Assembly (NCBI GenBank): GCA_964468895.1
Contig: CAYXWT010000018.1
Coordinates: 1-13,613 of the forward strand
DNA: 13,613 nucleotides
DNA from: an uncultured archaeon
GTDB taxonomy: Archaea > Iainarchaeota > Iainarchaeia > Iainarchaeales > CSSED10-239
Reading direction: 5' to 3'
In this document: positions 7,506-13,613 of the stretch, one piece after another
How the letters are laid out: each line of letters begins with the position of its first letter
Position numbering within the stretch: position 1 is the first letter of the stretch
Position numbers and translations under genes: made by a program
Notes under the pieces: model-generated
Seen by the model: only the letters and a program-made list of their open reading frames with translations
Told to the model about the DNA's origin: nothing
Databases searched by the model: none

Positions 7506-7563
7506 TAATAACACTCCACATTAATAACTAATTAGTTATATTTAATTTGATTAAATTTTTTAT

Positions 7564-7719
7564 TTAAGGTCCAATAAATCCACATTCTGGACATTTATAA
7601 TTTTTTACTGTAGCTTTACAAGATTCACATCTTACAATTCTAGCTTTACCACATTTAGGACACTTGAATTCAGTATATTCTGATACTAATTCTTTATTAC
7701 AACTTGTACATTTTGCCAT
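7564..7719 (-). CDS. Small four-CxxC Zn-ribbon protein (COG2888-type putative translation-associated RNA-binding protein)
   Basis: Not in the supplied track because it is too short. My translation is MAKCTSCNKELVSEYTEFKCPKCGKARIVRCESCKATVKNYKCPECGFIGP* (51 aa). It has four CxxC pairs, enough for two Zn sites. A strong SD, GAGGTG (complement of 7727-7732), lies 7 nt upstream of the ATG. It sits immediately upstream of ef1b on the same strand, a pairing I recall as conserved in archaea. Confidence 0.8.
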   Translation of the reverse strand: MAKCTSCNKELVSEYTEFKCPKCGKARIVRCESCKATVKNYKCPECGFIGP

Positions 7720-7863
7720 AGTTTAACACCTCAAAAATAATTTTATTTGAATTTTTTAAAATTAGTTTTTATATTGTACTTGATTTCAAAAAATAATAAA
7801 TATAAAAATACTTTATACTATATATATTATATTGAAACCACATATTTTAAAAGATATTGGTTT

Positions 7864-7871
7864 TTTAAATA
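7864..7871 (+). promoter_or_regulatory. Candidate TATA box for tRNA-Arg
   Basis: tttaaata is centred about 25 nt upstream of the mature tRNA 5' end (7893), matching the archaeal TATA consensus TTTAWATA and its usual spacing. TATA-like strings are frequent at this AT content. Confidence 0.3.
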
Positions 7872-7892
7872 TATAAAAAACACTTATTAAAT

Positions 7893-7964
7893 GGGTCTAT
7901 AGTATAGTGGATAGTACGGTTGGCTTCGGACCAACAAACTGGGGTTCAAATCCCCATAGACTCT
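7893..7964 (+). tRNA. tRNA-Arg (anticodon UCG), no encoded 3' CCA
   Basis: Folded by hand. Acceptor GGGTCTA/TAGACTC (one G-U). D stem GTAT/GTAC with loop AGTGGATA (GG present). Anticodon stem GTTGG/CCAAC with loop CTTCGGA (U33, anticodon TCG, G37). 4-nt variable loop AAAC. T stem TGGGG/CCCCA with loop TTCAAAT. Discriminator T at 7964, followed by tt rather than CCA. This is the only GC-rich island in the window. Confidence 0.9.
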
Positions 7965-7977
7965 TTAACAGATATTT

Positions 7978-9351
7978 CTATAATAAAAATTCTTCTTTAT
8001 TTAAAAAGAACTTAGAAAAATAACTAGAAATCTCTAAATTACTTAAATAAAGATCTCTTACTTCTTCACCAACATAAACTTTTGTAGGTAATTTAAAATT
8101 ATTAAATAAAAAATCTAAAATTAAAGGTTTAATATTTATTTGATTTCTTAATTTTAAACTATAAAGATAATCTTCTTTTATATATGGTCCAAAACTAGCT
8201 CTGGAATTATTAATAAAATTTTCACAATGAACTATACTATTTACTTTTGGACCAATACTAAGTTTTAAACCTGATCTTTGCAAATTATTAACAATTACAA
8301 ATACATAGGCTTTACTACTATCTTCATTATAATAATAATTTAATTTTAAAATTTTAAAATCTTCTTCATTTAAATAAATATTTAATTTTTTACCAAGTCT
8401 TCTAATTTTAGACCAAACAATATCTTTTAATAAATCTTTATTTTCTATTTCAAGTATTAATAAAGGGATATTTTCTATTTTACCAACTAATTGGTTATAA
8501 TTTAAATTTCTAAATATTTTTTCTTTAAAAAAATCTAAAGTTGGATTATTTAAAAATAATCTCGAAGCCATTATAAATTTACTAATTGTTGTTCTAGCTA
8601 CTGCTGATGCAACATTTCTATTTGAATCTGTAGGATCAATAACAATTAAAGGATCATTAAATTTATTTAAAGAAACTTCATGTTCATCTTCTAAAGCTAT
8701 TTTAGTATTAAAATCCCAATTATTTACAGCTTGTAATACTCCTAAAAAATCATTATAGTATAATACTAATAATTCACATAAATATCCTGAAAATCCTAAA
8801 AACTCAGAATCTGCTCCATAACAACCTATTCTTTTTAAAAAATATTTTAATAATCTAATATCATCTTTTTGTGAATTTTTTAAAGCTTTAAGTAAATATT
8901 CTAAATGAAAAGGGGTTCTATCAACTGCACTTATTAGTTCACTAGTATTTTCTATATCATAAGCAGGAACTACTTCTACTTTATAACCATCTATTATTCC
9001 TCTAATATAAGGATGTTGAGAATATGCTTTTTCCCAGAAATTACCTTTAAATACTTCTTTACCTAAAGATAAAGATTGATTCACAAATACTTCTTTATCT
9101 GTATCTTTTGGATACATTACAAATATATCAAAATCTTTTGAATCTTTTAAATTTGTATTTCTTGCAAATGAACCTGCAATTATTGCTTTTTTATGTACAC
9201 CGTTCATTTTGTTTATTTTATTTAATAATGAATCTACAAATTTTTTCTCATGATTATTTTGAGAAGAACTTGGTTTTATTTCTTTTAAAATTTCTTTAAT
9301 AACTCTTTTAAATTCATTTAATTTAGAAGAATCTATTCCAAATTTAACCAT
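7978..9351 (-). CDS. cca: CCA-adding enzyme (archaeal class I tRNA nucleotidyltransferase)
   Basis: 457 aa. The Pol-beta-type nucleotidyltransferase motif is AGSFARNTNLKDSKDFDIFVMYP (GS...DxD). SAVDRTPFHLEYL matches the conserved archaeal CCA enzyme DRTPFH segment. Length is typical. Confidence 0.9.
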   Translation of the reverse strand: MVKFGIDSSKLNEFKRVIKEILKEIKPSSSQNNHEKKFVDSLLNKINKMNGVHKKAIIAGSFARNTNLKDSKDFDIFVMYPKDTDKEVFVNQSLSLGKEVFKGNFWEKAYSQHPYIRGIIDGYKVEVVPAYDIENTSELISAVDRTPFHLEYLLKALKNSQKDDIRLLKYFLKRIGCYGADSEFLGFSGYLCELLVLYYNDFLGVLQAVNNWDFNTKIALEDEHEVSLNKFNDPLIVIDPTDSNRNVASAVARTTISKFIMASRLFLNNPTLDFFKEKIFRNLNYNQLVGKIENIPLLILEIENKDLLKDIVWSKIRRLGKKLNIYLNEEDFKILKLNYYYNEDSSKAYVFVIVNNLQRSGLKLSIGPKVNSIVHCENFINNSRASFGPYIKEDYLYSLKLRNQINIKPLILDFLFNNFKLPTKVYVGEEVRDLYLSNLEISSYFSKFFLNKEEFLL

Positions 9352-9457
9352 AAAAATACCTGTTTATAATTATTGTTCTTATATAATATATATAGTAACA
9401 TACATATTATAAATATTATTAAACTACAATAAAATATAATTAAAATTTGATTTTAAA

Positions 9458-11308
9458 ATGTGTGGAATAATAGGTTATATTGGATCTAGAAATTGTTACC
9501 CTATATTATTAAAAGGATTAAAAAGATTAGAGTATAGAGGTTATGATTCTTGTGGAATTGCAACAATAAATAATAAAAAAATAAACATAATTAAAACAAA
9601 AGGAAGAATTAAAAATTTAGAAGAAAAATTAAAAAAATTAGATTTAAAAGAAAGCAATATAGGTATTGCTCATACTAGATGGGCTACACACGGAATACCT
9701 GATGAAACTAATTCACATCCACACACAGATTGTACTAGTTCTATAGCAATAGTTCATAATGGTATTATTGAAAATTATGAAGCTCTTAAGAAATATTTAA
9801 CTAGTAAAGGACATAATTTTAAAAGTGAAACTGATTCTGAAATAATTGCTCATTTAATAGAAGAATTTTATAAACAAGATAATGATTTTATAAAAGCTAT
9901 TAGAAAAGCATTATCTGAACTTACTGGTACTTTTGGTTTAGCAATTATAAATAAAAATATAAATAAAATATATGTAGCAAGAAGAGGTTCACCAATTATT
10001 ATAGGAATTGGACATAATGAATTTTTTATAGCAAGTGATGTTTCTGCAATTATTGAACATACTAAAAATATAATTTATTTAGATGATAATGAGTTAATAG
10101 AATTAGATTATAAAAATTATAAAATAACCAATTTAAAAGATACAGATAAAGAAATTATTAAAGAAATTACAAAAGTAACAATGTCTTTAAAAGAAATTGA
10201 AAAAGGTGATTTTAAACATTTTATGCTTAAAGAAATATTTGAACAACCAACTACTATTAGAAATGCACTTTCTGGAAGAATTGATTTTGAAAATTTAAAT
10301 TCTAAACTAGGTGGTATTGGAGAATATAAAGAACATATTTATTTTTATGAAAATTTACAAAAAATTGTTATTGTTGCTTGTGGAACTTCTTATCATTGTG
10401 CATTAGTTTCTAAATATTTTATAGAAAAATATTTAAGAATACCAGTAGAAGCTGAATTTGCTTCTGAATTTAGATATAAAAATCCAATTATAAATAAAAA
10501 TACACTTGTTATTCCTATTAGCCAGTCAGGAGAAACAGCTGATACTCTTGGAGCTTTAACAATTGCTAAAGAAAAGAAATCTAAATTACTAGGAATAGTT
10601 AATACTGTTGCAAGTACTATTGCTAGAGAATGTGGAGAAGGAATACATATTAGAGCAGGTGTTGAAATTGGTGTTGCTTCAACTAAAGCATTTACAAACC
10701 AATTAGTTGCTATATATTTATTAACAATATATATTGGAAGAATAACTCATAAAATTGATAATTTACTTACAAGAAAGTTATTTAATAGTTTAACAAGACT
10801 TCCAAATATTATAGAAGAAATGTTGAAAGAAAATAATAATATTAAAATAATTGCAAATAAATATAAAGATTATAAAAACATCATATTTCTAGGAAGAGGA
10901 ATTAATTATCCTATAGCCCTAGAAGGAGCACTTAAACTTAAAGAAATTTCTTATATTAATTCTCAAGCATATGCTGCAGGAGAAATGAAACATGGTCCAT
11001 TAGCAATAGTTGATAACAAAACAGTATCTATAGTTATAGCTAATAAAAATCATGAATATGAAAAAATGTTATCTACTATTAATGAAATTAAATCTAGAAG
11101 TGGTAAAATAATATGTATTACAAATAAAAACAATCTTAAACTAGAAGGTAAGGTAGATGATATTATATATATACCAACTATAAATTATGATTTTGAAGCA
11201 TTTATTAATGTAGTTGTTTTACAATTATTTGCATATAATGTAGCAAACCTTAATAATTGTGAAATAGACAAGCCTAGAAATCTTGCAAAATCAGTTACTG
11301 TTGAATAA
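9458..11308 (+). CDS. glmS: Glutamine--fructose-6-phosphate aminotransferase (isomerising)
   Basis: 616 aa. MCGIIGYIG carries the Ntn Cys1 nucleophile and AHTRWATHG is present. There are two SIS domains (SQSGETADT, GVASTKAFT). The C-terminus is the canonical KPRNLAKSVTVE. Confidence 0.95.
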   Translation: MCGIIGYIGSRNCYPILLKGLKRLEYRGYDSCGIATINNKKINIIKTKGRIKNLEEKLKKLDLKESNIGIAHTRWATHGIPDETNSHPHTDCTSSIAIVHNGIIENYEALKKYLTSKGHNFKSETDSEIIAHLIEEFYKQDNDFIKAIRKALSELTGTFGLAIINKNINKIYVARRGSPIIIGIGHNEFFIASDVSAIIEHTKNIIYLDDNELIELDYKNYKITNLKDTDKEIIKEITKVTMSLKEIEKGDFKHFMLKEIFEQPTTIRNALSGRIDFENLNSKLGGIGEYKEHIYFYENLQKIVIVACGTSYHCALVSKYFIEKYLRIPVEAEFASEFRYKNPIINKNTLVIPISQSGETADTLGALTIAKEKKSKLLGIVNTVASTIARECGEGIHIRAGVEIGVASTKAFTNQLVAIYLLTIYIGRITHKIDNLLTRKLFNSLTRLPNIIEEMLKENNNIKIIANKYKDYKNIIFLGRGINYPIALEGALKLKEISYINSQAYAAGEMKHGPLAIVDNKTVSIVIANKNHEYEKMLSTINEIKSRSGKIICITNKNNLKLEGKVDDIIYIPTINYDFEAFINVVVLQLFAYNVANLNNCEIDKPRNLAKSVTVE

Positions 11309-11312
11309 ATTA

Positions 11313-11318
11313 TTTTTT
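11313..11318 (+). terminator. Oligo-T candidate terminator after glmS
   Basis: A TTTTTT run begins 5 nt after the glmS stop codon, in the convergent gap with the Fic gene. Support is weak given the composition. Confidence 0.25.
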
Positions 11319-11428
11319 CAGATTTCTAAAATTAAGAGGTTTTTATTGCTAAAAGATAACATTTTATACAAAACACCATATTTTCTATAAGTACAATTGC
11401 ACTTACAAATAAAATAAATAAAAACTAT

Positions 11429-12559
11429 TTATAAATCAGATAATATTTTATTAATATCTTTTGCAACATATAATTTATTTTTTACTTCTTCTAAGATTCC
11501 TAATTCTACCAATTTTAATATTACTCTTTTAGAAGTATTATAATTTTTAGTATTTAGTATTTCTTTACCTTTCTTTATATCAATATAAGGATTAGAAAAC
11601 AAATAATCATATATTTTAAGTACTTTAATATTAACATTTTGATCTTTTAAATTTTTTCTAGTTTGAGACCTATAATCTAATAAATTAGAAACTCTATGAA
11701 TTGTTTTTTCAGATTGTTCTATAACTCCATCTAAAAAATATTCTATCCAAGAATTAAAATTACTATTCATAGAAACTTGTAACAAAGAAGAATAATATTT
11801 TTCTTTATCTTTTTCAAAATATTCACTTAAATAAAGAATAGGTTTATCTAATAATTTACACCTACATAAATATAATATTAATAATAATCTTCCTACTCTT
11901 CCATTTCCATCTACAAAAGGGTGTATTGCTTCAAATTGGTAATGTAAAATTGCAACTTTTACTAAAGAAGAATTTTCATTTGAACTATTTAAATATTCAA
12001 CAAAATTATTTAGAAGATCTTTAACTAGTTCTGGATTTGGAGGATTATAAACAGATGTTTCAATAGAACTATTAATATTACCAATCCAATTTTGAACAGT
12101 TCTTATTTTGCCACTATCTTTAGAAAATCCTCTTACATCATAAAGTAATATTTCATTTAATTTTAAAATTAAATCTAAAGTAAGATCTTTACTTTCTATT
12201 TCTTTAAGTCCAAATTCTAAAGATTTAATATAATTCAAAACTTCTTTTAAATCATTATGTAAATGTTTTGAATTTATATCCATTTTAAAAACATCTGACA
12301 AAGAAGATCTTGTACCTTCTATTCTAGAACTTAATACAGCTTCTTTTTTTAAATAAGGTTTTAAAAATAAATCTGGATTAGGTAAATTATTAATTAATCC
12401 AGATAATTTTCCAAGATAGTTATTAGATAATTCTATTTTTTTAATTATAGAATTACTATAATTTATTGTAATAGGAAGTTTATTAGGTATAAATACATTA
12501 TATTTATTATCTATAGTAATAATTTTTCCATTTGGATTTTTAAAACTTGATTTATCCAT
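11429..12559 (-). CDS. Fic/DOC family protein (class II, N-terminal inhibitory helix, C-terminal wHTH-like domain)
   Basis: 376 aa. The canonical Fic motif HPFVDGNGRVGR fits HxFx(D/E)GNGRxxR. An N-terminal SSRIEG fits the inhibitory (S/T)xxxE(G/N) motif of class II Fic proteins (Fic_N type). The C-terminal ~70 aa (NTSKRVILKLVELGILEE) look like a winged helix. There is no SD; a TATA-like atttataaat (12581-12590) lies 22-31 nt upstream of the ATG, which suggests a leaderless mRNA. Confidence 0.9.
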   Translation of the reverse strand: MDKSSFKNPNGKIITIDNKYNVFIPNKLPITINYSNSIIKKIELSNNYLGKLSGLINNLPNPDLFLKPYLKKEAVLSSRIEGTRSSLSDVFKMDINSKHLHNDLKEVLNYIKSLEFGLKEIESKDLTLDLILKLNEILLYDVRGFSKDSGKIRTVQNWIGNINSSIETSVYNPPNPELVKDLLNNFVEYLNSSNENSSLVKVAILHYQFEAIHPFVDGNGRVGRLLLILYLCRCKLLDKPILYLSEYFEKDKEKYYSSLLQVSMNSNFNSWIEYFLDGVIEQSEKTIHRVSNLLDYRSQTRKNLKDQNVNIKVLKIYDYLFSNPYIDIKKGKEILNTKNYNTSKRVILKLVELGILEEVKNKLYVAKDINKILSDL

Positions 12560-12620
12560 ATTTTAAATATGAAACTAAACATTTATAAATTGTGTTAAAA
12601 ATTAGTACCAAAAACCACTA

Positions 12621-12702
12621 TTTTGGCAACATTTGCAAAAAAGTTGCCAATTTTGGCAATATTAAAGACAAAGTTTCCAAAACAACCTGTTTTTGGCAAC
12701 AT
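12621..12702. promoter_or_regulatory. Array of five phased TTGGCAA(C/T) half-sites (candidate operator / iteron-like array)
   Basis: TTGGCAAC is at 12623-12630 (+), GTTGCCAA at 12643-12650 (inverted), TTGGCAAT at 12653-12660 (+), GTTTCCAA at 12673-12680 (inverted, 1 mismatch) and TTGGCAAC at 12693-12700 (+). Start-to-start spacings are 20, 10, 20 and 20 bp. The three + copies share the longer TTTTGGCAAYAT. Confidence 0.5.
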
Positions 12703-12868
12703 TTTCAATTTTTACAATTTTTTAATAAAAAAATTAATTTTCTTTAAAAGTTATTTAATTCAAATTTCTGCAAAAGATTTCTCAAAAAAAACATATACTT
12801 AAAAAATATTTAAATCTAATTATTATGTACCTTAAATACAATCCAAAATAAATTAAAATAAATTAATT

Positions 12869-13613
12869 ATGAACTTAGAGAAATATATTAAAGAAGAAAT
12901 TACAAAATTAAAAGAAAAAATAAACCAAAAAGACATTCCTTTAGCAATACAGATACCTGAAGGATTAAAACAATACTCCAAATCAATACTTGATCTATTA
13001 AAAGAGTATGAACCTGTGTTATTTGTAGATCCTTGTTACGGGGCATGTGATATAAAAGACACTGAAACACAAGAACTGAACTGTAAATCATTAGTTCATT
13101 TTGGACACTATAAATTAGTTGAACCAAGAATAAAGACATATTTTATACCAATAAAATATATTTTAAGTAAAGAACAAATAAACTATATAATAGAAGAAAT
13201 ACAAAAACTAAATTTAAAAAAAGTAAATTTAGTTACAACTATTCAGTATTTAAATAATATTTCTATTTTAAAAGAAGAATTACTTAAAAAAGATATAATT
13301 GTAGAGAAATGTAAGAAAACTAATAGAGTTCTAGAACATATGGTTCTAGGTTGTGATTGTTCTACAATTATTAATAAAGAAAGAACCATAATATTTATTG
13401 GAGATGGTTATTTTCATGTAAATAACCTTTCTTTCAATTACAAAACAGATATATATAGTATAAATCCTATTTCTAAAAATATAAATAAAATAAAAGTAAA
13501 TGAACAATTTATAAGAAAAAGATATGGAATAATAGCTAAAGCTAGAGAATCAAATATATTTGGAATATTAGTTAGTACAAAAGAAGGACAAAATAGAATA
13601 GAACTAGCTAAAA
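12869..13613 (+). CDS. dph2: Diphthamide biosynthesis radical-SAM enzyme Dph2 (2-(3-amino-3-carboxypropyl)histidine synthase), 5' partial
   Basis: An open frame runs from the ATG at 12869 to the window end (248 codons, no stop), so it is absent from the track. The translation contains IQIPEGL, PCYGACD, VHFGH, VLGCDCS, FIGDGYFH, EQFIRKRYGIIAKA and FGILVSTKEGQ, which are collinear with conserved blocks of archaeal Dph2, including two of the Fe-S Cys positions. Confidence 0.85.
   Translation, partial: MNLEKYIKEEITKLKEKINQKDIPLAIQIPEGLKQYSKSILDLLKEYEPVLFVDPCYGACDIKDTETQELNCKSLVHFGHYKLVEPRIKTYFIPIKYILSKEQINYIIEEIQKLNLKKVNLVTTIQYLNNISILKEELLKKDIIVEKCKKTNRVLEHMVLGCDCSTIINKERTIIFIGDGYFHVNNLSFNYKTDIYSINPISKNINKIKVNEQFIRKRYGIIAKARESNIFGILVSTKEGQNRIELAK

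Noticed and set aside
7893-7964. tRNA gene as an integration site for a mobile element or genomic island
   Set aside because: There is no integrase or recombinase nearby. I saw no duplicated copy of the tRNA 3' half elsewhere in the window. Both flanks are housekeeping genes (ef1b operon and cca).
9108-9299. 63-aa + strand ORF
   Set aside because: It is antisense inside the cca gene. The peptide is leucine-rich and low-complexity with no motif.
11340-11380. Possible hairpin (GGTTTTT ... AAAACACC) in the glmS/fic convergent spacer as an intrinsic terminator
   Set aside because: The stem needs a bulge and encloses a loop of about 30 nt, so it would be weak. Archaeal termination does not require hairpins.
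12595-12802. Small ORFs across the TTGGCAA repeat array: a 35-codon minus-strand ORF (ATG 12702 to TAA 12595, MLPKTGCFGNFVFNIAKIGNFFANVAKIVVFGTNF) and a 59-codon + strand frame with only TTG starts (12623-12802)
   Set aside because: The peptide repeats (N-I/V-A-K-I) simply mirror the DNA repeats. Both strands are open across the same stretch, and the + frame has no ATG or SD. The alternating-orientation, 10-bp-phased layout is better explained as a DNA-level binding array. This is not fully excluded: the minus-strand sORF lies directly upstream of fic, in the position of a class I Fic antitoxin, but it lacks the SxxxE(G/N) motif.
12900-13139. 79-aa - strand ORF
   Set aside because: It is antisense to the open frame starting at 12869. 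That frame translates into collinear Dph2 signature blocks (PCYGACD, HFGH, VLGC, GDGYFH), so the + strand frame is the real gene.
1-13613. CRISPR arrays, rRNA genes, transposases or IS elements, and recoded stop codons
   Set aside because: No regularly spaced 25-40 bp repeats were seen. The tRNA is the only GC-rich structured island. No DDE, integrase or HNH-like ORFs were seen. All recognised genes read through at full length under the standard code and end in TAA or TAG.

Overview
This is an extremely AT-rich (by eye about three-quarters A+T), tightly packed archaeal chromosome segment. The gene content and compaction fit a small-genome DPANN-type archaeon, but that lineage call is inference. 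All calls come from motif-level reading of the translations; no searches were run. Core genes: PCNA (-) divergent from the RFC large subunit (+); ABCE1/Rli1; aEF-1beta preceded by a 51-aa four-CxxC Zn-ribbon gene that is missing from the ORF track; tRNA-Arg(UCG) with no encoded CCA; archaeal class I CCA-adding enzyme; GlmS; and the 5' part of Dph2, which runs off the window and is also missing from the track. Accessory content: (i) a four-gene, partly overlapping minus-strand operon (4708-6556) of small proteins with class III signal peptide / type IV pilin-like N-termini and otherwise unrecognisable, Cys- and N-glycosylation-sequon-rich bodies; (ii) two lineage-specific orphans (2137-2892, carrying a JAMM-like HxH...SxxD motif, and 6696-7229) that share a basic MP..K.RS.IK N-terminus; (iii) a class II Fic AMPylase-type protein next to an unusually long 309-bp intergenic region holding five helically phased TTGGCAA(C/T) half-sites. 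The pilin-like operon is the best candidate for an undescribed system, followed by the Fic-linked operator array and the JAMM-like orphan. No CRISPR array, transposase, integrase or rRNA was seen. Several ORF-track starts are GTG/TTG extensions; I moved them to the first in-frame ATG where context supports it.
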